Shown: positions 27,896 to 36,627 of the stretch, piece by piece
Numbering within the stretch: position 1 is the stretch's first letter
How the letters are laid out: the number at the start of each line of letters is the position of its first letter
The notes under the pieces: generated by a model
What the model was told of the DNA's origin: nothing
The model's database searches: none
The model's input: the letters and a program-made list of their open reading frames with translations, nothing else
From: a virus
Virus record (IMG/VR): IMGVR_UViG_3300030117_007501
Coordinates: 64,001-128,000 of that record
DNA length: 64,000 bases
Strand: one strand, 5' to 3'
Translations under genes and position numbers: made by a program

Positions 27896-28700
27896 TGTGA
27901 TGGTGAAAAATGAAGAAGTGCTTTTAAGTGAAGTACTTCCTATCTGGAAAGAATATCAAATAGATAAGTGGGTATTCTACAATGACAATTCGACAGATAA
28001 CACAGAAGAACTTATAAGACAAGAGCTTGGCAAAAGGGCTGTCGTGTTGAATGATAATTTGCCAAAGTTTCACGAAGCACACCACAGATCTAGGATGCTG
28101 GAATATAGCAGGGATAACGGAGCAGACTACGCCATAGCCATCGACGCTGACGAGCTTATGTCCAGAAATCTTGTCGATAATTTTGAGGAAGTATTGGAGA
28201 TGAATTCAAAGTACAATATAATGTATTATTGGTTCAATGTTGTCGGAGACATAAACCACATGCGCCAGGATCCTTCCTATATAGAAAATTATAGAACGTT
28301 CATAATGCCACTAGCAAACACTGGAAAGTTCGACATGAGAGGGTGGAAGTACCACACACCGAGAACTCCAGTTATTAATCTACCTCATGTTGCAACAAAG
28401 GATGTTGGGTTTATCCACCTGCAATCAATCAATAAAGAGTTTTATGCCCTCAAGCAACTTTGGTATAAGCATTTTGAATTCAAAGAATACAATCACTCGA
28501 TACACGAAATAAACCACAGATATGATACTGTGGTTAACAATATGAACTTCATGGAGAAAGAAGTGCCTAGAAAGATAGTTGAGGGCATTGAATTTGATGC
28601 GTCTGTATATGATAAACTAGCAGAGGTAAAGGGATACAAAGATTATATTTTGAAAAACAAGGTAAACGATTTGATGACGTTTGGACAGGAGTATTTATGA
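27879..28700 (+). CDS. GT2-like glycosyltransferase (paralog B)
   Basis: VKNEE, NDNSTD and IDADE; colinear with 26391-27215; start moved to ATG 27879. Confidence 0.8.
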   Translation: MIVHANVMVKNEEVLLSEVLPIWKEYQIDKWVFYNDNSTDNTEELIRQELGKRAVVLNDNLPKFHEAHHRSRMLEYSRDNGADYAIAIDADELMSRNLVDNFEEVLEMNSKYNIMYYWFNVVGDINHMRQDPSYIENYRTFIMPLANTGKFDMRGWKYHTPRTPVINLPHVATKDVGFIHLQSINKEFYALKQLWYKHFEFKEYNHSIHEINHRYDTVVNNMNFMEKEVPRKIVEGIEFDASVYDKLAEVKGYKDYILKNKVNDLMTFGQEYL

Positions 28701-29410
28701 CAACGACAATTAGGGAAGTCTGTATTCATCACCATCTTGGCTTGGGAGATCAGCTGGATTGCAATGGTTTGGTGAGACATTATGCAAAAACGAGAGACAA
28801 GGTGTATGTGTTTGCTAAAGAGCACCACCATGAAATGATATCGTACATGTATAGAGACAACAAAAAGATAGCAGTTGTACCGATAAATCCATCAGAAAAC
28901 GAGTACAAAGAAGTAGAAGATTTTCTAGATACCAAGCCTGGAATAGAGTTCAGGGTAATAGGGCATAAAAATTATAATCCTATGCTGGAAAAGATTCATA
29001 ATTTAAATTGCTGGCAGCAATTTTATTTATTAGCAGATATCTCCATGGAGGAAAGGTGGAGAGGCTTTTATTTTATGAGAAACGAAGAGGAAGAAAAAAG
29101 AGTATATGAGAAATTGAATCCAACGGGGGAGCCCTACATTTTTCTTCACGATGATCCTGAAAGAGGGTTCGAGATAGATAGGAAAAAGATAAATTCCGGA
29201 GAACTTAGGGTTATAACAAATGATGTGTCTGAAAACATGTTTCATTTTGTAGAGGTACTGAGGGGTGCCGAAGAGATACACTGTATGGAGAGTAGCTTTA
29301 AGTCCTTGGTAGAGCTTGTGGGAGTGGAGTCTAAGTTATATTTTCATGATTTTCGCAACCACCCTCTAGGGGACGCAAGAGCCGGATGGGAGATTGTTGA
29401 ATATGAGTGA
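28697..29410 (+). CDS. GT-B-like protein
   Basis: HHLGLGD N-terminal loop and IHCMESSF. Confidence 0.55.
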   Translation: MTTTIREVCIHHHLGLGDQLDCNGLVRHYAKTRDKVYVFAKEHHHEMISYMYRDNKKIAVVPINPSENEYKEVEDFLDTKPGIEFRVIGHKNYNPMLEKIHNLNCWQQFYLLADISMEERWRGFYFMRNEEEEKRVYEKLNPTGEPYIFLHDDPERGFEIDRKKINSGELRVITNDVSENMFHFVEVLRGAEEIHCMESSFKSLVELVGVESKLYFHDFRNHPLGDARAGWEIVEYE

Positions 29411-30308
29411 GATAACAAGAGAAAGTATCCTTTGCTACAACTATATGACATTGGAAGCAGATCATTGCTTGGATCATCCGTTGGATTATTACAAGAGAGC
29501 TGGATGCGGCAGGATACATAATAAGGACGTCCTAGATCCACTAGAAGTCAAAAAAGGAGATTCGGTATTTGTCAAAACGGATTATATATTTCACGGGATA
29601 TTTCAAAAAGATATATTGGAACAAATAAAGAATCCATTCATACTAATAAGTGGAGTGTCCTCATATCAGCCTGGAGCGAACGGAGACAACAGTTATCTTA
29701 AGATACTCCAAGACAGCAGGGTGATGAAGTGGTTCTGCACAAACCCTCCAGACATCAAGTCTGAAAAAATAGTTCCCATTCCCATAGGGTTTGAAGAGCC
29801 AGAAAGAGAGGGTGGGAATCAAGAAGTTCTCTCCCACTATAACAGAAAGATACATGATTTCGACAAAAAAGAAAATAAACTTTATTTGCCATATCACACC
29901 GTTGGGAACAATCCTTCTCGAGATAGGTTTATACGACATCTGTCATCTTTGGATTTTGTCGAAGTGGAAGAAAATAGGTTACCATTTCAGGAGTATTTAC
30001 AAAAACTAGAAAAATTTAAATATATTATATGCCTAGAGGGGGCAGGGTATGACACTCATAGAAACTATGAGTCTCTCTTGGTTGGTTCTGTGCCCATAAT
30101 GAAAACTAGTACCGTCAAGGGAGTGTACGATAGAAATGAGCTACCCTCTGTGTTTGTTGACGATTGGCTCAAGGTTGACGAGAGTTTCTTTTCTCATATT
30201 AATTCCAAGACATATGACTTTAAAAATGTTAAAAATTTTATGGAAATAGGTTATCATATGAGAGATATTGAAAAAACTAAAGAAAGGCTTATGAACGATG
30301 AAGGTTGA
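29403..30308 (+). CDS. Exostosin/GT47-like glycosyltransferase
   Basis: IPIG and YIICLEGAGYDTHRNYESLLVGSVPI. Confidence 0.65.
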   Translation: MSEITRESILCYNYMTLEADHCLDHPLDYYKRAGCGRIHNKDVLDPLEVKKGDSVFVKTDYIFHGIFQKDILEQIKNPFILISGVSSYQPGANGDNSYLKILQDSRVMKWFCTNPPDIKSEKIVPIPIGFEEPEREGGNQEVLSHYNRKIHDFDKKENKLYLPYHTVGNNPSRDRFIRHLSSLDFVEVEENRLPFQEYLQKLEKFKYIICLEGAGYDTHRNYESLLVGSVPIMKTSTVKGVYDRNELPSVFVDDWLKVDESFFSHINSKTYDFKNVKNFMEIGYHMRDIEKTKERLMNDEG

Positions 30309-30672
30309 GGTATCAAACGGAGAACTGCTTGACAAACTCTCTATCTTGGAGGTAAAGAAGGAGAAAATAAAGAAAAAAGAAAAGCTCCTACATGTCGAAA
30401 GAGAGCATGCCCACCTCAAGAGCCTGGCTGGTTCATTAGAGTTTTCTCTCGAAGACTCTTCCTATGTAAGACTTAGAGAAATAAATTATCAACTCTGGGA
30501 CATTGAAGATGAGATAAGAAAGAAGGAAGAGGAAAATGACTTCGGAAAAAGATTCATAGAGTTGTCGCGTTCGATATACATTCTAAATGACGAAAGGTTC
30601 AGAATGAAGAACGACATAAACAAGAGAACAAACTCCCTCTTTCAAGAGCAAAAGGATCATAAAAATACATGA
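30298..30672 (+). CDS. Small helical protein of sugar clusters (DUF6165-like)
   Basis: VSNGELLDKLSILEVK...LWDIED..R...NDER. Confidence 0.65.
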   Translation: MKVEVSNGELLDKLSILEVKKEKIKKKEKLLHVEREHAHLKSLAGSLEFSLEDSSYVRLREINYQLWDIEDEIRKKEEENDFGKRFIELSRSIYILNDERFRMKNDINKRTNSLFQEQKDHKNT

Positions 30673-31769
30673 CAGAGTTTATACCGCAAATCGAACCATG
30701 GATAGATGCGTCAGAACTCGATCAGTTTAAAAGAATTATAGAATCAACATATGTTGTGGAACATGCTCTAACGGAGGAGTTTGAGCAAGAGATAATCAAA
30801 CTGACTGGATCTAAGTATGCCATGGCAGTAACCAATGGCACTGCTGCACTATTTTGCTGTCTTAAGTCATTGGGCATCGGCACTGGTGATGAAGTTATAG
30901 TGCCGGATTTGACATTTGTGGCAACAAGCAATTCTGTAATAATGGCAGGCGCAATTCCTGTTTTTTGCGATGTAGATCCAGACACACTATGTATTGACGT
31001 TTCAGCAATAGAATCTTTAATAACCGAGAACACAAAAGCAATAATGCCAGTTCACTTGTATGGCAATTCAGCTGACATGGAAAGCATAATGAGTTTGGCT
31101 CGACGACACAACATTAAGGTTATCGAAGACGCCGCACAAGGCGTCGGCGTGAAGAGGAAATCTAGACATGTTGGGACGATGGGGGATTGCTCTATATTAT
31201 CTTTTTACGGAAACAAAACTATCACTTGCGGTGAGGGTGGAATCATCTTGACAGATGATGAAGAGATATATAGAAAGTGCGGCATATTGAAGAATCACGG
31301 TAGACCGGAAAGAGGCACCTTCATTCATCATGAGATAGGGTATAATTTTGCTTTCACCGAAATGCAGGCAGCAGTGGGGTTATCTCAACTTCAAAAGTTA
31401 GATAGAATAATATCGAAAAAGAAAAAGATAAGGGAAACCTACAAAGAGCATTTGGGTGGAATGTTTGAATTCATGAAAGTGGACAACGATACTAACCCAG
31501 TGCATTGGTTTACTTCCATATATACCGATAGCAAGGAGGCTTTGGCGGCGCATCTTGCCGCAGCTAATATTGGAAGCAGGAGCTTTTTTTATCCACTACA
31601 CTTGCAGCCGTGCTATATTAACAATCCAAGTTTGGTTAAAATGTCGGGGACATACGAGAACAGCACTAGCGCATATTCTAGGGGATTGTCACTCCCGTCT
31701 GCATATGGAATGACAGAGCAGCAGCAAATGAGAGTTATTAAGGAAGTGCGGAAATTTCATGAAAGTTAA
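30669..31769 (+). CDS. DegT/DnrJ aminotransferase, perosamine-synthase-like
   Basis: NGTAAL, PVHLYG, EDAAQ and SFYGNKTITCGEGG (Schiff-base Lys present). Confidence 0.85.
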   Translation: MTEFIPQIEPWIDASELDQFKRIIESTYVVEHALTEEFEQEIIKLTGSKYAMAVTNGTAALFCCLKSLGIGTGDEVIVPDLTFVATSNSVIMAGAIPVFCDVDPDTLCIDVSAIESLITENTKAIMPVHLYGNSADMESIMSLARRHNIKVIEDAAQGVGVKRKSRHVGTMGDCSILSFYGNKTITCGEGGIILTDDEEIYRKCGILKNHGRPERGTFIHHEIGYNFAFTEMQAAVGLSQLQKLDRIISKKKKIRETYKEHLGGMFEFMKVDNDTNPVHWFTSIYTDSKEALAAHLAAANIGSRSFFYPLHLQPCYINNPSLVKMSGTYENSTSAYSRGLSLPSAYGMTEQQQMRVIKEVRKFHES

Positions 31770-32919
31770 ATTAGCAGAAGATACAATAGACGAAGGCGAT
31801 ATTGATTACTTAATAGACTGGCTTAAGACTTATCCTAGATTAACAAAGGGTGAAGTCACAATTCAGTTTGAAAAGAAGTGGTCAGAATATCTGGGTGTAA
31901 AGCATTCTGTGTTTGTAAACTCAGGATCATCAGCGAACTTGTTGATGCTATATACTCTGGTGGAGAATGGCTCTTTATCTCCAGGAGACACGGTGGTAGT
32001 GCCGGCAGTGTCATGGTCGACAGATTTGGCTCCGGTATTTCAGCTAGGTTTAAACCCTGTTTTGTGTGATTGTAATATGGAAACCCTCTCAGTTGATATC
32101 AATCACTTACAATACATATTTGATACAACTCGCCCTAAAGCTTTAATGTTGGTTTCCGTGCTGGGTATGGTGCCCGACATGTCTAGTTTGGTGAGATTGT
32201 GTGAAAAATATGACGTGCTTCTTTTGGAGGATTCGTGTGAGTCTCTGGGTTCAGAGTTTAAGGGAAAGAAGCTCGGCTCCTTTGGTGTCATGTCTTCCTT
32301 TTCTACGTATTTTGGACACCACATATCCACGATAGAGGGTGGCATGGTGTGTACAGATGACGACAATATGGCAAACCTACTTAAATCAATAAGGAGTCAT
32401 GGTTGGGCTAGAGATATGGACACTAGTGTGGCGACAGACTTAGAAAGGGAATTCAAAGTAGACAAGTTCAGCTCTTGTTATACATTTTATCATAGTGGAT
32501 TCAACCTAAGATCCACTGACTTGCAGGCATACTTGGGGCTTAGGCAGTTGGATAAACTTCCAAGCTTGGTTTCTAAGAGGAAGGAAAATTATGATTTATA
32601 TAACGAAAATATAAAAAATGAATTTTGGCAACCACCCAAAAGCAGTGAAGGGGTGTCTAGTTTTGCATTTCCAGTCATAACAAAACAGAGAGATAAAGTT
32701 GTGTCAAACCTAAAGCAAGAGGGGGTTGAGTGTCGCCCACTAATATGTGGTAGTCTCGGAAGACAGCCTGTGTGGATTAAGAAGCGTGGTGTCTTGGAGT
32801 TGAGAAATGCAGACATTGTTCATAAGCATGGAATGTATTTGCCAAACCATGGATCTATGGGGAAAGAAGAAGTGACGCAGATTAGTAAATTGGTAAATTC
32901 TGGCATAAGAGGTTCTTGA
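31759..32919 (+). CDS. ColD-like GDP-4-keto-6-deoxymannose 3-dehydratase (DegT fold)
   Basis: NSGSSANL, EDSCE, STYFGHHISTIEGG (His replaces Lys) and RSHGW; 386 aa with no Fe-S insertion. Confidence 0.75.
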   Translation: MKVKLAEDTIDEGDIDYLIDWLKTYPRLTKGEVTIQFEKKWSEYLGVKHSVFVNSGSSANLLMLYTLVENGSLSPGDTVVVPAVSWSTDLAPVFQLGLNPVLCDCNMETLSVDINHLQYIFDTTRPKALMLVSVLGMVPDMSSLVRLCEKYDVLLLEDSCESLGSEFKGKKLGSFGVMSSFSTYFGHHISTIEGGMVCTDDDNMANLLKSIRSHGWARDMDTSVATDLEREFKVDKFSSCYTFYHSGFNLRSTDLQAYLGLRQLDKLPSLVSKRKENYDLYNENIKNEFWQPPKSSEGVSSFAFPVITKQRDKVVSNLKQEGVECRPLICGSLGRQPVWIKKRGVLELRNADIVHKHGMYLPNHGSMGKEEVTQISKLVNSGIRGS

Positions 32920-33834
32920 ATGAAGATTTTAATTACAGGTGGCACGGGCATGCTTGGTTCCGCTTTCGAGGGCGAGAATATCATAAAAACCAATTCGCGT
33001 GAATTTGACTTAACAAATCTCACCGACGCGCTCAACATGTTGCGAAAATATCAACCAACCCATGTTATTCATCTTGCAGCAAAGGTTGGAGGATTGGGCG
33101 CAAATATGAAAAACAAGGCTGACTTTTATAGAGACAATATTCTAATAAATACGAACGTTCTAGAAGCCGCAAGAATCTACAAAGTAAAGAAGCTTCTCTC
33201 CCTGATGAGTACGTGTGTATATCCAGCAAATGCAGAGTTACCTCTCAAGGAAGGCTCTCTCCACGTCGGAGCGCCCCACTCTTCTAACTTTGGTTACGCA
33301 TATGCCAAACGCGCGTTAGACGTCCAATCTCGAGCTTATAGGCAGCAATATGGTTGCAATTTTATAACAGCAATTCCAAACAACTTGTTTGGAGAACGAG
33401 ACAATTTTGATTTGGAAAATAGCCATGTAATTCCAGCTATTATAAGAAAAGTATATGAAGCTAAAAAAAACAATAAAAGTGTGTTATTATGGGGAGACGG
33501 TTCTCCGTTGAGGGAGTTTACGTATTCTAAGGATATGGCAAAAGCACTGATGTTTGTTTTAAAAAACTATAAAGACGCCACCCCGATAAACGTTGGCAAC
33601 ACCTACGAACACTCAATTAAGGAAATAGCCACTACAATATCAGATATAATGGACTTTAAAGGAGACATTATTTGGGATACATCAAAACCAAAAGGGCAAT
33701 ACAGTAAGCCGTCCTCTGGAGAGAAATTAGAGCTGTTGGGGTATGACAGGAACTTGTTTACTCCAACCAAAAAGGCACTAGAAAAGACTTGTGATTGGTT
33801 CGTTGAGAATTATCCGAATGTGAGGGGAGTATGA
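32920..33834 (+). CDS. fcl: GDP-L-fucose synthase / ColC-like epimerase-reductase
   Basis: [26 protein letters not shown] and [10 protein letters not shown]. Confidence 0.9.
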   Translation: MKILITGGTGMLGSAFEGENIIKTNSREFDLTNLTDALNMLRKYQPTHVIHLAAKVGGLGANMKNKADFYRDNILINTNVLEAARIYKVKKLLSLMSTCVYPANAELPLKEGSLHVGAPHSSNFGYAYAKRALDVQSRAYRQQYGCNFITAIPNNLFGERDNFDLENSHVIPAIIRKVYEAKKNNKSVLLWGDGSPLREFTYSKDMAKALMFVLKNYKDATPINVGNTYEHSIKEIATTISDIMDFKGDIIWDTSKPKGQYSKPSSGEKLELLGYDRNLFTPTKKALEKTCDWFVENYPNVRGV

Positions 33835-34814
33835 ATAAAGAAAGCAAATTAGCAATAATAACTGGAATCACCGGACAGGACGGAAGCTATCTGGCAGAAC
33901 TTTTGTTGTCAAAAGGGTATAGAGTCATCGGACTGAAAAGAAGATCTTCATTAATAAATTCTGAAAGAGTCGATTCGGTATACGGACATGCACGGTTTCA
34001 CATGGCGTACTATGATTTGAACGATGCAGGAAGCATATGGAAAATCATAAACAAATTTAAGCCAGATGAATTTTATAATTTGGCAGCTCAGTCTCATGTT
34101 AGAGTTTCTTTCGACATTCCGGAACATACCGTCGATGGCATAGCGATGGGCACACTAAGAATAATGAATGCCTTGAGAGAGTTGAGTCCCAATTGCAAGT
34201 TTTATCAAGCATCTTCATCTGAGATGTATGGCGATGTAAAAGAGTACCCTCAAAATGAAAATACAAGGTTCTCACCAGCATCGCCATATGCTTGTGCAAA
34301 GTTGTTTGCACACAACTTAGTAAATAACTATAGGGAATCATATGGTATGCATGCTTCTTCGGGAATACTATTTAATCACGAGTCACCCCGGCGAGGAGAG
34401 ACTTTTGTAACTAGAAAAATAACAATGGCTGCAGCTAGAATTAAGCTAGGCTTGCAAGATACTTTGTTTTTAGGAAATCTCGAAGCAAAGAGAGACTGGG
34501 GTTTCGCAGGGGATTACGTAAAAGCTATGTGGATGATGCTCCAGCAAGACAAGCCAGATGACTACGTTATTGCTACTGGAGAAACACACACTGTTAGAGA
34601 GTTTTTAGAAGAAGTGTTCGAATACGCTGAACTAGATTATAACAAACATGTGAAAATAGACGCCAGGTTTTTCCGCCCTCATGAAGTTCCAATCTTGCTA
34701 GGTGATGCCAGCAAAGCAAAAGAAGCTTTAGGATGGAAACCGGAAATAACATTTAAAGAATTAGCAAAAATGATGTATGATGCTGATATGAGACAATTGA
34801 TAGGAGGACATTAG
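33831..34814 (+). CDS. gmd: GDP-mannose 4,6-dehydratase
   Basis: [46 protein letters not shown] and RDWG. Confidence 0.97.
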   Translation: MNKESKLAIITGITGQDGSYLAELLLSKGYRVIGLKRRSSLINSERVDSVYGHARFHMAYYDLNDAGSIWKIINKFKPDEFYNLAAQSHVRVSFDIPEHTVDGIAMGTLRIMNALRELSPNCKFYQASSSEMYGDVKEYPQNENTRFSPASPYACAKLFAHNLVNNYRESYGMHASSGILFNHESPRRGETFVTRKITMAAARIKLGLQDTLFLGNLEAKRDWGFAGDYVKAMWMMLQQDKPDDYVIATGETHTVREFLEEVFEYAELDYNKHVKIDARFFRPHEVPILLGDASKAKEALGWKPEITFKELAKMMYDADMRQLIGGH

Positions 34815-35015
34815 ATGAGATTATCTGATCAAGCAATGGGAGCACTAATGATGGCGCTCCAAAAGTGCCTTATGGAGCAAAGTGATATCACAGAGATTTT
34901 GAAAGAGTTCACATTTCAGGTGGATGATGAAGAAAAACTCGTAATCAACAACCCACCAATAGTAAAAGCACAGAAGACATTTGTAGAGAAGAATTTCACA
35001 GTTGGAAGTGATTGA
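34815..35015 (+). CDS. Hypothetical protein
   Basis: 66 aa, AGGAGG SD. Confidence 0.65.
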   Translation: MRLSDQAMGALMMALQKCLMEQSDITEILKEFTFQVDDEEKLVINNPPIVKAQKTFVEKNFTVGSD

Positions 35016-35266
35016 TGCCTCGATACTGTTATAGGTGTAAAGAATGCAATATCGAACTTGTAATAACTCATCTAATGAGTGAGTCGAGGGAGGACTGCGC
35101 CGCTTGTGAGGGAAAAGGAACTCTTGTGAAGATACCATCTCTCACTGGAAAATTAGTTAAGAAAGATGCAAGTAAGGTTGGAGAAGTCGTGAAGCAGTAT
35201 ATAAAAGACGCAAAAGAAGAAATTAAGCAAGAAAAGAAAAACCTAAAAATTAGAGAGGCAGATTAA
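35015..35266 (+). CDS. FmdB-like zinc-ribbon protein
   Basis: MPRYCYRCKEC...CAAC. Confidence 0.75.
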   Translation: MPRYCYRCKECNIELVITHLMSESREDCAACEGKGTLVKIPSLTGKLVKKDASKVGEVVKQYIKDAKEEIKQEKKNLKIREAD

Positions 35267-35574
35267 TGACAGCGACAATTATTGCATTAGTGTCTGTAGG
35301 TATAAATATATTTCTTCTCTTCTATATAAGGTGGCTTCTTCGAAGCATGACATTTATATCAGAGAATATGGATGGATTGTGGGTTTTGATAGAACAATTC
35401 AGACAACACGTAGACATGCTGCATGAAACAGAGATGTTTTATGGAGACAGTAACCTTCAGGCGCTGATGGAACATTCAAAAAAAGTAACAGAAGAAATAG
35501 ATTCATATAAGCTTTTACTTTTACCAGAAGAAGAAATTGAAACGGACGGAGAATATATAGAAGATGACAGCTGA
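35266..35574 (+). CDS. Single-TM membrane protein
   Basis: N-terminal hydrophobic helix; translationally coupled to neighbours. Confidence 0.65.
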   Translation: MTATIIALVSVGINIFLLFYIRWLLRSMTFISENMDGLWVLIEQFRQHVDMLHETEMFYGDSNLQALMEHSKKVTEEIDSYKLLLLPEEEIETDGEYIEDDS

Positions 35575-36298
35575 AGAGGGTATAAAAAAGAAAGTCTTTA
35601 AGAGAAAAAGAGCAAAAAGAAAGAAAAATAATTATTTTACAAAAGTTCACGAAAACGCAATCATAGAGTATACGAATACCGATTGTCTTAAAAGGAGAAC
35701 GGAACTGTACGTCCAATTTATACAGCCCGCTCTTGATGAGATGGTTGATAAGATAATTTATACCTACAAATTCACAACACTTCCTAATATCGACACTCTC
35801 AAAGACGAGTGTAAAATATGGCTAACAACAATACTCGACAAGTATGATCCGAACAAAGGCTCGAAAGCGTTCTCTTATTTTTCAGTAGTTACAAAAAACT
35901 GGTTTATTCACAAGGTAAAAAAGAACTCGGCAAGAACAAAGAAAGAAATCTCGTATGAGGAGATGATAGAAACAGGAAGGCACGAGATAAGACAAACAGT
36001 AGCTCCAGACGAGACTTATATGCATAGGAGACTTGAGTTTGAGTTTTGGAATCTGCTGTTGGGACAGATGGATAAGTGGAATGTTGATAGTCTCAAACCA
36101 AATGAGAAGAAAGTCCTAGAGGCAGTCAAGATATTGTTGAACAATGTTGACGATATTGATATCTTCAATAAGAAGGCTGTGTATTTGTATTTGAGGGAGA
36201 TAACTGGGCTGAACACCAAGCAAGTTGTGAGCAACTTAAACAAGTTGAGAGAGAAATATAAACTTTTTAGACATAAGTGGAACCGTGGGCAGCTTTAA
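35564..36298 (+). CDS. Phage-encoded sigma factor (T4 gp55-like late sigma)
   Basis: Region-2-like LDKYDPNKGSKAFSYFSVVTKNWF; NNYF N-terminal motif; helical C-terminus. Confidence 0.72.
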   Translation: MTAEEGIKKKVFKRKRAKRKKNNYFTKVHENAIIEYTNTDCLKRRTELYVQFIQPALDEMVDKIIYTYKFTTLPNIDTLKDECKIWLTTILDKYDPNKGSKAFSYFSVVTKNWFIHKVKKNSARTKKEISYEEMIETGRHEIRQTVAPDETYMHRRLEFEFWNLLLGQMDKWNVDSLKPNEKKVLEAVKILLNNVDDIDIFNKKAVYLYLREITGLNTKQVVSNLNKLREKYKLFRHKWNRGQL

Positions 36299-36314
36299 AA
36301 ATATAAGTTATTTC

Positions 36315-36320
36315 TATTTA
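36315..36320 (+). promoter_or_regulatory. Putative phage late promoter (TAnTTA) opening the baseplate module
   Basis: TATTTA-ctgt-ATG, same geometry as at 3246, 11697, 13506, 14227, 14545 and 18570(-). Confidence 0.6.
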
Positions 36321-36324
36321 CTGT

Positions 36325-36627
36325 ATGAGCAAATTAGACGACTACATAGAGAAAGCCACTTCAAACGTTACTGAAGATAGAGCAGCAACAAAAACACTTC
36401 TTGTGAATTTGCTAAAGTACATGCAAATATCTGACGATAGACACAAGGAAGTTGGCTTGATAGCTGCAAAGTATCTAGAAACCCTGCAGAGATCAAATGA
36501 ACAACTAGTAAAGCTAGCGAGCCTAGTTTCAAAGAAGGAGTCATCCATTCCCGGACTCACGGACGATGATAGGGAAGATTTGTTTGATATCATCAAAAAC
36601 ACAAACAAGAGTGGGGATACCGAATAA
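36325..36627 (+). CDS. Hypothetical helical protein
   Basis: 100-aa ORF. Confidence 0.7.
   Translation: MSKLDDYIEKATSNVTEDRAATKTLLVNLLKYMQISDDRHKEVGLIAAKYLETLQRSNEQLVKLASLVSKKESSIPGLTDDDREDLFDIIKNTNKSGDTE

Noticed and set aside
31759-32919. RfbH/E1 CDP-sugar 3-dehydrase
   Set aside because: It lacks the Cys-rich [2Fe-2S] insertion and its neighbours are GDP-sugar enzymes; ColD fits better
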